DNA from: Candidatus Liptonbacteria bacterium
GTDB taxonomy: Bacteria; Patescibacteriota; Minisyncoccia; UBA6257; 2-01-FULL-56-20
Reading direction: 5' to 3'
Assembly: GCA_016867315.1 (NCBI GenBank)
Contig: VGJV01000001.1
Span: 130,649 to 194,648 of the forward strand
Length of the DNA stretch: 64,000 nucleotides
Made by a program: the position numbers and the translations under genes. The notes under the pieces were generated by a model that saw nothing but the letters and a program-made list of their open reading frames with translations, searched no databases and had not been told where the DNA came from. Of the stretch, positions 43,794 to 53,882 are shown piece after piece (positions within the stretch are counted from its first letter, which is position 1; every line of letters begins with the position of its first letter).

Positions 43794-45586
43794 TCCAATT
43801 GGATTTCTAAATCGTCGGAATACGAATCCGAATAAGAAGGGTCTGTCGCGGTTTCGGTGCGAAGAAACTCCGCGAGATTGGGCGGAATTTCGCCTATGAA
43901 TCGGGAAGGAATCCCGGAGAAAGAAATCGCCAGCTCGTGGCGCGCTCGCGTCATTCCTACATACATCAATCGGCGTTCTTCTTCAATCTCGTTTTCTGAT
44001 TCCATAGAGCGATTGTGAGGCAACATTCCTTCAGCGCAGCCAGCGAGAAAAACCTGGTCGAATTCTAGGCCTTTTGCAAGGTGAATGGTCGAGAGATGGA
44101 CCGGCATAGCGTTAAGCGTTAAGCTTTTAGCTTTAAGTTCCGCGTTCACGTCGTCGGTCGATTGCACGAGCGCAATATGTTCGAGAAAGGTTCCCAGATC
44201 ACTAAAGCTTTCTGCAAATCGAAGCAGCTCATTGATGTTTTCGCGCCGCTCCTCCGGATTCATCGTTTCTCGTTCAAGATAGTCGAAATACTCTGTAGTG
44301 GAGAGAAAGTTTTCGATTACTTCTCGAGGAGGTTTCCCCAGAGCTTCTTCGAGCACTGGAAGAAGGGCTTTCCAAACTCGGACGCGAAAAGCCTTTTCTA
44401 ACCGTTCGCGGCTCATTTCATCTTTGGGATTCATTGTGAGGCGGAGCGCTGCCACAATGTCTTTAATTTCGCGGCGGTCATAAAATTTTAAGCCTCCGTA
44501 AATTCGGTACGCAATGTTTTTCTTGAGTAGGGCTTGTTCGATTGCACGGGATTGCGCGTTCGTGCGGTAGAGAATCGCGGTACTTCCCTGCCTGTTTCCT
44601 TTAGAGAGCTTCCCTTCCAAAATTTGTGCGGCGATCCATTCTGCTTCATCCTCTTCATTTAACGTTTCCGTAATCGTGATTACCTCGCCGTCTGGGTTGC
44701 GCGTCCAGAGATTTTTTTCCCGAGCTACTATATTGTTCGCGATCACCGCTGAGGCTGCGTGTACGATCGTGCCCGACGAGCGATAGTTTTCCTCAAGGAG
44801 TACCACTTGCGCGTTCGGCCAATCCCGCTCGAACTGGAGAAACGTTTCTATGTTGGCATACCTCCATCCATAGATCATTTGAGCATCGTCTCCCACGACA
44901 CTCACATTTTTGTTAGGCCCAGAGAGAAGTCGGATTAAGGTATATTGCGCAGGACTCACATCTTGATATTCATCTACCAGGATATACTGGTATTTTTCCT
45001 GATACTTCGCGAGAATGGCGGGACGATTTTCGAAAAGCCAAACTACTTTCGCAATAAGATCGTCAAAATCGAACGCGTTATTTCGAGTGAGCGCCATTTC
45101 ATATCGCTCAAACACTCTTTGTTCTTCGCGGTGACGAAGCGAGAGGGTTTCTTTTCCGGCGCCGCTCTTTATATAGGAGATGAATTGAAGGAAGCGCGGA
45201 GGTTTGCCGCCCTTAATATCCAACTCCTTTAGCACTTTTTTTATTACGGAAAGGCTGTCGTGATCATCAAAAATAGTGAAGTGTGAGGTACGGCCTAGCT
45301 CCTTAGCTTCTTTTCTTAAGATATTTGCCCCGAGGGAATGAAAGGTGCCGATGAAGCCTCCAGATTTGGGATTGTAGTGCACTCGTTCCGCCATTTCTTT
45401 AGCGGCTTTATTTGTAAAGGTAACCGCGCATATAGTGTGGGCAGGCGCTCCGTGTTCAATAAGGTGCATAAGCCTGCTCGTAAGGGTTCGGGTTTTGCCT
45501 GTGCCTGCTCCTGCCACAATCAAAAGGGGCGTGTTTTCGGCTTTCACGGCACGTTGCTGTTGGGGATTTAAAGTGGAAAAGTCCAT
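43790..45586 (-). CDS. pcrA: ATP-dependent DNA helicase PcrA/UvrD
   Basis: AGAGTGKT, TFTNKAA, VDEYQD, NYRS, LYRTNAQSR, TIHLAKGLEF, EERRLMYVGMTRA. Confidence 0.95.
   Translation of the reverse strand: MDFSTLNPQQQRAVKAENTPLLIVAGAGTGKTRTLTSRLMHLIEHGAPAHTICAVTFTNKAAKEMAERVHYNPKSGGFIGTFHSLGANILRKEAKELGRTSHFTIFDDHDSLSVIKKVLKELDIKGGKPPRFLQFISYIKSGAGKETLSLRHREEQRVFERYEMALTRNNAFDFDDLIAKVVWLFENRPAILAKYQEKYQYILVDEYQDVSPAQYTLIRLLSGPNKNVSVVGDDAQMIYGWRYANIETFLQFERDWPNAQVVLLEENYRSSGTIVHAASAVIANNIVAREKNLWTRNPDGEVITITETLNEEDEAEWIAAQILEGKLSKGNRQGSTAILYRTNAQSRAIEQALLKKNIAYRIYGGLKFYDRREIKDIVAALRLTMNPKDEMSRERLEKAFRVRVWKALLPVLEEALGKPPREVIENFLSTTEYFDYLERETMNPEERRENINELLRFAESFSDLGTFLEHIALVQSTDDVNAELKAKSLTLNAMPVHLSTIHLAKGLEFDQVFLAGCAEGMLPHNRSMESENEIEEERRLMYVGMTRARHELAISFSGIPSRFIGEIPPNLAEFLRTETATDPSYSDSYSDDLEIQLD
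44107..44138. repeat. Heptamer array inside pcrA
   Basis: TAGCGTTAAGCGTTAAGCTTTTAGCTTTAAGT, encoding LKAKSLTLNA. Confidence 0.9.
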
Positions 45587-45654
45587 AAAAGTGCCTATAT
45601 TATGAAGAGTTTTTCATATTGCGGCGAGAGGGCCGCTCCAGTATACTATAGGCC

Positions 45655-45926
45655 AGAGCCTATCCGAAAACCCCCTCCGGCCGCGATACGAGCAAATTTC
45701 TCGGAATTCCAAGGCTTACTGACGATGGCGTACTCGGAGAGTACGGCGAGGAGGTGTAACGCAGGAATTCAGAAAATTTGCTGTATCCCCAAGGGTTGCG
45801 GACAATTCATTTTCCTGCTGTGTTACTCCTCGGAGCTGTACTATCGTACTAATCTCCTCGTCGTGCCTTGCAGGAAAATGAATTTTCCTGCAACGCGGGC
45901 GCGGAGCGGGTTTACGGATAGGCTCT
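45655..45926. mobile_element. MITE-like 272-bp palindromic element
   Basis: 25-bp terminal inverted repeats (23/25 match) enclosing two related, mutually inverted hairpins. Confidence 0.75.
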
Positions 45927-45934
45927 TATCGAAA

Positions 45935-46951
45935 ATGGGAGCTATTTTACCGCTTAAGGAGGGAGGAAAGAGGCCATTACTTGTGGCGTTTTTTTTGCTT
46001 GGGGGATTACTTCTTGTAGGCCTTTTTACATCTTTGGTCCAGCCGGTTCGAGGAGGGGAAAAGGGTATATGGGGAGGCCCTGTTACGGAGCCAAACAATC
46101 GCAATCTTCTTGCGTGGCTCGAAAGTCAGCCTCGGATAGGATCCTCGAACTCCCATGAGGCGAGAGTAGATTCAAAAGTTTCTTTCCTCGTCGCCACTCT
46201 GGATGCTTTTGGGGAGACTCCAGGATTTGCTCCTCGCACGGAATTTACTACATATAAAGTGATGCGAGGAGACACTCCGGGGAAGATTGCGGCGAAATTT
46301 GGAATTTCGCTCGATACTTTGCTCAAAGCAAATGCCGATATGAAAGCGAAAAGTCTGCGGATCGGAATGCTGCTTCAAGTGCCCCCCGTGTCGGGGACGG
46401 TTTACACCATTAAGGAGAAAGACACGATTGAGTCTATTTCGGAACTTTTTGCGGTGAGTTCAAAGGATATTGGCGCAGCCAATCCTTCCGTGAATGCTGC
46501 GCAGCTAACTCCGGGTATGAGGCTTATTATTCCGGGTACTACTAAGCGAGTGGCAGATTCCGGGAATCCCCTACCGGTGCTCAAGGGGTATTTCACCATG
46601 CCCGCGAGTGGATTTAATTGGGGGAAATTACATCCGGAAAATGCAGTGGATATTGCCGGAGTTTGCGGGACTCCCGTGGTTGCTGCGGCAGAGGGACTGG
46701 TTATCCCTGATGAAAAACATGGGAATAGCACGGATGGATGGAATGGGGGTTATGGTAATTTTGTGTTGCTTGAGCATCCGGCCGGAGCGAACGTACGGAC
46801 GCGATACGCTCATCTGCGGTCGGTGTCTGTAGAAGTGGGAGACTATGTGCGCCAAGGACAGGATATTGGAACGATGGGTGATACCGGAGATGCTTCAGGG
46901 TGCCACGTGCATTTCGAGGTGCACGGAGTAGCGAATCCTTTTGTTAAGTAG
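45935..46951 (+). CDS. LysM-domain M23-family peptidase
   Basis: TM anchor, two LysM domains, AVDI, GGYGN, YAHL, HVHFEV; start placed after the MITE-like element. Confidence 0.9.
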   Translation: MGAILPLKEGGKRPLLVAFFLLGGLLLVGLFTSLVQPVRGGEKGIWGGPVTEPNNRNLLAWLESQPRIGSSNSHEARVDSKVSFLVATLDAFGETPGFAPRTEFTTYKVMRGDTPGKIAAKFGISLDTLLKANADMKAKSLRIGMLLQVPPVSGTVYTIKEKDTIESISELFAVSSKDIGAANPSVNAAQLTPGMRLIIPGTTKRVADSGNPLPVLKGYFTMPASGFNWGKLHPENAVDIAGVCGTPVVAAAEGLVIPDEKHGNSTDGWNGGYGNFVLLEHPAGANVRTRYAHLRSVSVEVGDYVRQGQDIGTMGDTGDASGCHVHFEVHGVANPFVK

Positions 46952-46959
46952 ACTTGGAT

Positions 46960-46979
46960 AACCGCGAAAGCGGTTTTTT
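46960..46979 (+). terminator. Intrinsic terminator
   Basis: AACCGC-GAAA-GCGGTT then a T-run. Confidence 0.7.
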
Positions 46980-46982
46980 ATT

Positions 46983-48509
46983 TCAGGCTTCTTCTCTTAT
47001 CCGGTAGCTCCAGGCTTCCGCCACGTGTTCCGCTCCTACGGATTCCTGCGATTCAAGATCCGCGATTGTCCGAGCGGTTTTCAAAAGTCTGAAATAGCTT
47101 CGAGGAGAAAGATTTGTCTTTGTTATTTTTTCGAGGAATGTTTCGGCGGCGGGTTGCAAATGAATGAGGTTTTCGGTTTGGCGCGAATTCATTTCCGCGT
47201 TGGTGCTAATGGATAGATTTTTGAAACGGGATTCCTGCAGCGCGCGGGCAGCCGCAATTGTTTCTATGATTGTTTTACTTGAGATAGCAGAAGAGCTGCG
47301 AGTCCGGAGTTCTTCAATGGGGACCCTCGGAACAGATACGTGCAGATCGATCCGGTCCACAATGGGTCCGGAGATCTTTTTTTGATAGCGTATAACTTCG
47401 AACGCGGCGCATTTACAATCTTTTTCTTGATCGCCGTAGTACCCGCACGGGCACGGATTCATGGCAGCGACGAGAGTAAAACGCGCAGGGAACGAAAGTG
47501 TCCCGCGGGCTCGAGCAACGCGTACCGCGCCCATTTCCATGGGCGCGCGGAGCGACTCCACAATATGCCGCTGGAATTCCGGAAATTCATCGAGAAAAAG
47601 TATTCCTCGATGCGCCAAACTGATTTCGCCCGGTTTTGGATCCGATCCTCCCCCGACGATCGCGGGCAGCGTGGCGGTTTGATGCGGGGCTCGGAAGGGG
47701 CGACTCGCAAGTAATCCTCCCACTGGAATTCCTGCGGCGCTCCACACTTTTGTAACTTCGATGGACTCATCCAAATTCATTGGCGGAAGAATTCCCACCA
47801 TGGCGTGAGCGAGGAGGCTCTTCCCTACTCCGGGAGGACCGCTCATCAGAAGATTGTGTCCGCCGGCGGCAGCGATCATCAATGCGCGTTTCGCATTTTC
47901 TTGTCCTTTGATATCAGCAAAGTCCGGGGCATTTGATGTGAGCGGTCTCGGAGGTTCATATGTGTGAGGAACGAGCGGACGGCGCGTTTCTATAATTTCT
48001 ATCGCTTCCAATAAGTTTTCGACCGACACTACTTTTACCTTCTTCACTACGGCGGCTTCATTCGCATTTTCTTTGGGGAGAAATAAAAATTGGAATCCCC
48101 TCTCTGCGGCCATGTGCGCAATATTCAAGGCTCCATGTATTGGGCGAAGTCGGCCATCGAGCGCAAGTTCACCCATAAAAATTTTGTCGTGAGTTTCAAA
48201 CTTTTTTATTTGATGTGTGGCAAGGAGATACCCAATGGCGATTGCAAGATCATATTGTGCTCCAGCTTTTTTCACATCGGCGGGAGCGAGATTCACGGTA
48301 ATTTTTCGATTCTCCCTATTAGGAGGTTTTACTCCAGAATTTTTTAGAGAAGAATTCACTCGTTCGCGAGCTTCGTTCAATGCTTTGTCAGCGAGTCCTA
48401 CTATATTAAACGCATGGAGGCCGACATTTAAGTCGACCTCCACCTCAATCAGCTTCGCGTGTATGCCTTCGAGTTCTGCAGAATGCACTCGCGCCAAATG
48501 TTCGCGCAT
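46983..48509 (-). CDS. comM: ComM/YifB Mg-chelatase-like AAA+ ATPase
   Basis: VNLAPAD, GELALDG, GPPGVGKS, PGEISLAHRGILFLDE, AMNPCPCG, ARTIADL. Confidence 0.95.
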   Translation of the reverse strand: MREHLARVHSAELEGIHAKLIEVEVDLNVGLHAFNIVGLADKALNEARERVNSSLKNSGVKPPNRENRKITVNLAPADVKKAGAQYDLAIAIGYLLATHQIKKFETHDKIFMGELALDGRLRPIHGALNIAHMAAERGFQFLFLPKENANEAAVVKKVKVVSVENLLEAIEIIETRRPLVPHTYEPPRPLTSNAPDFADIKGQENAKRALMIAAAGGHNLLMSGPPGVGKSLLAHAMVGILPPMNLDESIEVTKVWSAAGIPVGGLLASRPFRAPHQTATLPAIVGGGSDPKPGEISLAHRGILFLDEFPEFQRHIVESLRAPMEMGAVRVARARGTLSFPARFTLVAAMNPCPCGYYGDQEKDCKCAAFEVIRYQKKISGPIVDRIDLHVSVPRVPIEELRTRSSSAISSKTIIETIAAARALQESRFKNLSISTNAEMNSRQTENLIHLQPAAETFLEKITKTNLSPRSYFRLLKTARTIADLESQESVGAEHVAEAWSYRIREEA

Positions 48510-48527
48510 GAGAACTTTGTTCTCGTT

Positions 48528-48860
48528 CTAAGAAATTTGTTTGCACGCCCGACACATCGCAGATTCGGGAGCCGTGGCGAGCACTTCTGTTTCTATAGTT
48601 TTACCGCAGCGCTCACAAATACCATAGGTGCCCCGCTGGATTTTTTCGAGCGCAGTTTCAATCTCGGTCAAATCTTCCCGGAGTCCTTGTGCGATCGCGA
48701 GGCGATTCCCCTGTTCCTCGGCTTCATCCGTTTCTTCATCTCCAGAATCTACATCATTACCCATGATTTCGGGCGTGGAGTGAGAAGCGATTTGCTCTAA
48801 GAGATTCGCCTTTTGCTTTTCTAACTCCGTCTTATATTGAGAAAGGTTCTTTGAGTCCAT
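48528..48860 (-). CDS. TraR/DksA C4-type zinc-finger protein
   Basis: Coiled coil with DEA tip; GTYGICERCG...CRAC. Confidence 0.9.
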   Translation of the reverse strand: MDSKNLSQYKTELEKQKANLLEQIASHSTPEIMGNDVDSGDEETDEAEEQGNRLAIAQGLREDLTEIETALEKIQRGTYGICERCGKTIETEVLATAPESAMCRACKQIS

Positions 48861-49037
48861 GGGATAAGCATACCACATTCAAAAGTTTAATGACCTTGTA
48901 TTTTAGCCTGATGCTGTATTTTGATAAACAATTTTGTTTGTCTCCCATATAAATTCTTGATAAATAACTGACAAACACCTTTTTTATTAGATTTCCTGGT
49001 TTTTAAGACTTCCTGGCCTTGTAAAGCGACAAACAAT

Positions 49038-49454
49038 TTAAATTTTATCCAAATTGTCGTAGAAGCCTGATTTATGAAGCTTATGTATAAACTTAAATTT
49101 TTCAGGAACCTCAGGGTCGATTCCTATCTGTTCTAACCAACTTTCAAACTGTCTGCCTTTATTTCCGATTAACTTATTGTAGAAAAGCGGGACTATTATG
49201 TTCTTTAATGGTCCAAATTCCCTCACTATAAGAATTGCTATTGGGCCTCTTTTTGATCCATCCCTTCCTTGGTAATGATATGTATATATTTTGTTTTTTA
49301 GGCCTAATGAATCCCTTACCGATTTTAATAGTTCCTGGTCCCTCATATGCATCCTAATTGCAAAGGCTGGTATTTTCTTCCCATTCGATTTGGAAAATGT
49401 AAAGCATCCTTCTCCCTCTACTAACCCTCTTATATATTCTGGTGAGATGCTCAT
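49038..49454 (-). CDS. Free-standing single-motif LAGLIDADG endonuclease-family protein
   Basis: YIRGLVEGEGCF motif; AT-rich relative to its neighbours. Confidence 0.82.
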   Translation of the reverse strand: MSISPEYIRGLVEGEGCFTFSKSNGKKIPAFAIRMHMRDQELLKSVRDSLGLKNKIYTYHYQGRDGSKRGPIAILIVREFGPLKNIIVPLFYNKLIGNKGRQFESWLEQIGIDPEVPEKFKFIHKLHKSGFYDNLDKI

Positions 49455-49512
49455 GTTTCGCGTTTTACATCTTAATTTTACATTATTTGTTTACCCGTTA
49501 TACACTGCTTTT

Positions 49513-49881
49513 ATGAGCAGTAAGCTGGGAGTTTTTGGAGAAGATATTGCTTGCCAGTTCCTCCTTGAAAAGAGGTATAGAATTTTAAGCAGGAATTTTC
49601 GTAGGCCTTGGGGAGAAATTGATATTATTGCGCGCCACCCTTCCGGCATTTTGATATTTGTAGAGGTGAAAACAATTCGGCAAGGAAGTCTTTTGCCGGA
49701 AGACCATCTTACAGTGGCAAAGTTAGGTCGGTTAAGTAGGACTAGTGAACTTCTTGCGAATGGGGAATATGAGAAAGAATCTAAGAAGGGGTGGCAGATA
49801 GACTTGGTCGCTATTGCGCTAGGGGATGATAATGTGGTGACGCGAATTACTCATTATGAGAATATTGCCGGATTGACGTAG
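49513..49881 (+). CDS. yraN: YraN-family (UPF0102) nuclease
   Basis: GEDIA...RNF...GEIDIIA...FVEVKT. Confidence 0.92.
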   Translation: MSSKLGVFGEDIACQFLLEKRYRILSRNFRRPWGEIDIIARHPSGILIFVEVKTIRQGSLLPEDHLTVAKLGRLSRTSELLANGEYEKESKKGWQIDLVAIALGDDNVVTRITHYENIAGLT

Positions 49882-49960
49882 GGCCTTTACGGGAGTACAG
49901 TATAAATAGTTGAGATTCCGCGTCGGCGGAATTTTTAGATTAAGGAGGCACAAAAAATTA

Positions 49961-51166
49961 ATGCTCAATATAAAAGATATTTCTCGAGCTTTGAAGCAGG
50001 TGGCCGAGGAAAAAGGTTTGCAGCCGGAGCGCGTGCTGGAGGCGATCGAATCTTCTATCGCGGCGGCTTATAAAAAAGAATATGGAACTCGAGGCGAAGT
50101 AATCAAAGCCAAGTTGGATGGAAAAACGGGCGAGCTTCGATTTTGGCAGGCAAAGACTATCGTGGATGAATCGATGGTCCGTGTGGTAGAGGAGAGAGAA
50201 GAAGAAAAAATTCCTGAGACTGCGGCAGAGGGGGAAACCGCACTTCCTCGCTACAACTCTGATCGGCATGTCTGGCTTGCCGAAGCGAAAAAAGTAAAAC
50301 CCAATGCCAGCGTGGGGGAAGAACTTTTGTTTCCTCTCGAGACGCATGAAGATTTTAGCCGTATTGCGGCGCAGACTGCCAAGCAAATTATTTTGCAAAA
50401 ACTTCGCGAGTCTGAACGCGATTCCATTCTTTCCGAATGGCGCGATAAAGAAGGACAGATTGTGAGCGGGATTGTGCAACGGTTTGAGCGTGGACACGTG
50501 TATGTGGATTTGGGTCGCACTGTGGGGGTAATGTTTGCAAATGAATCTATCCCGGGGGAGCACTATCGGTCCGGTGAGCGACTTCGATTTTTGGTACTCG
50601 CGGTGCAAGAAGATACGCGATTGCCCGGGATTGTACTTTCTCGATCGCATCCTAAGTTTGTAGCTAAACTTTTTGAAATGGAGGTGCCCGAATTAGCGGA
50701 GGGAGTGGTAGAAGTTAAGGCTATTGCGCGAGAAGCGGGAAATCGTACTAAGATCGCGGTAGCTTCAAAAGCAGAAGGAGTGGATCCTGTGGGAGCACTC
50801 GTAGGACAACGCGGAACGCGCGTCATGGCAGTAGCAAATGAGTTGGGACCAGAAAAAGTAGACATCATTGAATGGTCTGAGGACCCCGCCGCGTTTGTGG
50901 GGAATGCTTTGTCGCCGGCGAAGGCGGAGCATGTGGAAGTCTTGCCCCGGCGAGAAGCGCGCGTGTATGTGCCCGAAGATCAATTGAGCCTCGCGATTGG
51001 AAAAGGAGGACAGAATGTGCGTCTGGCTGCGAAACTTACTGGATGGAAATTAGATGTACGGTCGCAGACAAGACCCGAGGAGGCTCAAGAAGGTGGAGTG
51101 GCAGGCACCACTGATTTTGGAGAAGAAAATAGAGAAGAGAAGTCGTCGGAAGAGACAAAGGAATAA
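49961..51166 (+). CDS. nusA: Transcription factor NusA
   Basis: RIAAQTAKQ, EVPE, AREAGNRTKIAV, LSLAIGKGGQNVRLAAKLTGW. Confidence 0.97.
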   Translation: MLNIKDISRALKQVAEEKGLQPERVLEAIESSIAAAYKKEYGTRGEVIKAKLDGKTGELRFWQAKTIVDESMVRVVEEREEEKIPETAAEGETALPRYNSDRHVWLAEAKKVKPNASVGEELLFPLETHEDFSRIAAQTAKQIILQKLRESERDSILSEWRDKEGQIVSGIVQRFERGHVYVDLGRTVGVMFANESIPGEHYRSGERLRFLVLAVQEDTRLPGIVLSRSHPKFVAKLFEMEVPELAEGVVEVKAIAREAGNRTKIAVASKAEGVDPVGALVGQRGTRVMAVANELGPEKVDIIEWSEDPAAFVGNALSPAKAEHVEVLPRREARVYVPEDQLSLAIGKGGQNVRLAAKLTGWKLDVRSQTRPEEAQEGGVAGTTDFGEENREEKSSEETKE

Positions 51167-51207
51167 ATAATTAAAGGCCAAGGTCGTTTATATAACGAAT
51201 TACTATT

Positions 51208-53208
51208 ATGTCTTCAGTGGCATTTGCAGTGGTGGCGGGAGTGATTTCAATCCTCGCCGCCGGGTGGTTGGGAAGGAGAATTGCGGTGCGTCCGGGAGGG
51301 GATGCGCGCATGGAAGAGATTGCGGGGGCAGTGCGAACGGGCGCGAACGCCTATTTGAATAGGCAATACAAAACGATAGGAATGGTGGCGGTCGTGATCG
51401 CCGTACTCATTGGTATTTTCGTGAACGTCACGACGATGTTGGGGTTCATTGTGGGAGCAGTAGCGTCTGGGATCGCGGGCTATGTGGGAATGCATGTCTC
51501 AGTGCGTGCCAATGTAAAAACTGCGGAAGCGGCGAAGAAGGGGCTCAAAGAAGCGCTTACGGTGGCAGTAGAAGGAGGAGCGGTTACAGGCTTTCTCGTA
51601 GTCGGTCTCGCGTTACTTTCAGTCGCAGTATTTTATGCACTCACTCGGAATGTGGAAGCGCTCATAGGACTGGGATTCGGAGGGAGTTTGATCTCCGTGT
51701 TCGCTCGGCTAGGAGGAGGTATTTTCACCAAGGGGGCGGATGTGGGAGCGGATCTGGTAGGGAAGGTGGAGGCTGGAATTCCAGAAGATGATCCTCGAAA
51801 CCCCGCAGTGATCGCAGATAATGTGGGAGACAACGTGGGAGACTGCGCCGGCATGGCGGCGGATCTTTTCGAAACGTATGCGGTGACCGCGATTGCGGCG
51901 ATGCTCTTAGGCGCGCTCACGTTTCCGAATACTCCCGTTGCGATTGCATTGCCTCTTATTATGGGCGGAATCGCGGCGATCGCATCTGTTTTGGGGCTTT
52001 TCTTTGTGAGGTTGGGAAAATCAAATTCCATAATGGGCGCTCTTTATAAAGGACTTGCGGCGTCCAGCTTGCTTTCGCTTTTAGGATTTGGATTCTTGGC
52101 GAGCTGGTATGATGGAGTGCTTCGGGTGGGGAGTGTGACGCTCAACACCTCGGCGCTATTCATCCCCATGCTTGTGGGAATTGCAGTGACTGCGCTTCTC
52201 GTGCTTATTACGGAGTACTATACTTCGAAAAAATTCAGACCCGTCCGCGCGATTGCGGAAGCTTCGGAAACCGGGCACGGAACTAATATCATTGCGGGAC
52301 TTTCGGTGGGGATGGAAGCCACTGCTTTGCCGGTGCTTGTGATCGTAGGGGGAGTGTTGCTGTCTTTCTATGCTGCAGGCCTCTATGGAGTAGCACTTGC
52401 GGTGATGAGCATGCTTTCGATGACGGGAATTATCGTCGCAATCGATGCGTTCGGTCCTATCACTGACAATGCCGGAGGAATTGCCGAGATGGCGGGATTG
52501 CCCGACTCGGTGCGGGAAGTGACTGATGCGCTCGATTCGGTAGGAAATACCACGAAGGCGGTGACCAAAGGATACGCGATCGGTTCGGCGGGACTCGCGG
52601 CGGTGGTACTCTTTGCTTCTTACGTGCATGATCTCGCGGCGAAGCACGCGGCGCAAACGTTTGATCTTACGGATCCGCAGGTGATCGCAGGGCTCCTTAT
52701 TGGAGGACTCATTCCATATCTCTTCGCCTCGATTTCAATGCGGGCGGTAGGGAAGGCGGCAGGCAGTGTGGTGGTGGAGGTGCGGCGCCAATTCAAAGAA
52801 ATCCCCGGACTTATGCAGGGGACTGCAAAACCTGATTATGCAAAGTGCGTAGACATTGTGACTCAGGCTGCGATTAAGGAAATGGTGGTGCCGGCTCTTC
52901 TGCCCGTTGCGATTCCTATACTTGTCGCGTGGTTCATGGGATCCCGGGCGCTGGGCGGATTACTTTTGGGATCGATCATTACCGGAATTTTCGTGGCGCT
53001 TGCGATGACTTCCGGAGGGGCAGCGTGGGACAATGCAAAGAAATATATAGAGGAGGGAAATTTCGGAGGGAAAGGTTCCAATGCGCATAAGGCGGCAGTA
53101 ACGGGGGACACGGTGGGAGATCCTTATAAAGATACGGCTGGACCGGCCATCAATCCTGTGATCAAGATCATCAACATTATTGCGTTGCTTTTGGTGCCGT
53201 TTCTCTAA
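51208..53208 (+). CDS. hppA: Membrane-integral H+-translocating pyrophosphatase, K+-independent signature
   Basis: [40 protein letters not shown]. Confidence 0.95.
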   Translation: MSSVAFAVVAGVISILAAGWLGRRIAVRPGGDARMEEIAGAVRTGANAYLNRQYKTIGMVAVVIAVLIGIFVNVTTMLGFIVGAVASGIAGYVGMHVSVRANVKTAEAAKKGLKEALTVAVEGGAVTGFLVVGLALLSVAVFYALTRNVEALIGLGFGGSLISVFARLGGGIFTKGADVGADLVGKVEAGIPEDDPRNPAVIADNVGDNVGDCAGMAADLFETYAVTAIAAMLLGALTFPNTPVAIALPLIMGGIAAIASVLGLFFVRLGKSNSIMGALYKGLAASSLLSLLGFGFLASWYDGVLRVGSVTLNTSALFIPMLVGIAVTALLVLITEYYTSKKFRPVRAIAEASETGHGTNIIAGLSVGMEATALPVLVIVGGVLLSFYAAGLYGVALAVMSMLSMTGIIVAIDAFGPITDNAGGIAEMAGLPDSVREVTDALDSVGNTTKAVTKGYAIGSAGLAAVVLFASYVHDLAAKHAAQTFDLTDPQVIAGLLIGGLIPYLFASISMRAVGKAAGSVVVEVRRQFKEIPGLMQGTAKPDYAKCVDIVTQAAIKEMVVPALLPVAIPILVAWFMGSRALGGLLLGSIITGIFVALAMTSGGAAWDNAKKYIEEGNFGGKGSNAHKAAVTGDTVGDPYKDTAGPAINPVIKIINIIALLLVPFL

Positions 53209-53256
53209 ACTTCACACATTCTTCCGTTTCTTTCCCCAATTCTCTATACTAAACAC

Positions 53257-53838
53257 ATGAATCTTGTTCCTACAGTTATCGAAAAATCCCAATATGGAGA
53301 GCGTGCGTATGACATTTACTCCCGGCTGCTCAAAGAGCGGATCATTTTCCTTGGAGGACCGGTAACAGATGCGGTGGCGAACACAGTGATTGCCCAGCTT
53401 CTTTTCTTGGAGCACGAGGATCCTAAGAAGGACATCAAACTTTACCTGAATACTCCCGGAGGGTCGGTGACGGCGGGACTTGCGATCTATGACACGATGC
53501 AGTACGTGAAGCCAGATGTGGCCACGATGTGCGTGGGGATGGCAGCTTCGATGGGCGCAGTACTTCTCGCGGCAGGCACAAAAAGTAAACGATTCGCGTT
53601 GCCTAACTCCGAAATTTTGCTTCACCAAGTGATGGGAGGAGTAGAAGGGCAAGCTATCGAAGTGGAGATCACCGCGCGGCATATCATCAAGATCAAAGAC
53701 AAGATCAATCAGATTCTTGCGAAGCACACCGGGCAAGCGATAGGAAAAATTGAAAAAGACACTGATCGCGACTTTTATATGTCTGCTCAGGAGGCGAGAG
53801 ATTATGGGCTAGTGGATGAGATTATAAAGAGCAGTTAA
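53257..53838 (+). CDS. clpP: ATP-dependent Clp protease proteolytic subunit
   Basis: [33 protein letters not shown]. Confidence 0.97.
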   Translation: MNLVPTVIEKSQYGERAYDIYSRLLKERIIFLGGPVTDAVANTVIAQLLFLEHEDPKKDIKLYLNTPGGSVTAGLAIYDTMQYVKPDVATMCVGMAASMGAVLLAAGTKSKRFALPNSEILLHQVMGGVEGQAIEVEITARHIIKIKDKINQILAKHTGQAIGKIEKDTDRDFYMSAQEARDYGLVDEIIKSS

Positions 53839-53882
53839 AAGCAAAAGCCGCCCTTTCTTGAGAGTCAGGACGGCTCGCTGAT

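Noticed and set aside
33838-44138. Heptamer arrays as a CRISPR array
   Set aside because: Units are 7 bp and directly tandem, with no spacers and no cas genes in the window
45602-45934. 111-aa N-terminal extension of the M23 peptidase in the ORF track
   Set aside because: It is the translated promoter and palindromic element; the TM anchor begins after the ATG at 45935
49291-49512. N-terminal extension of yraN
   Set aside because: Overlaps the LAGLIDADG gene on the opposite strand; the ATG at 49513 has its own -10 box
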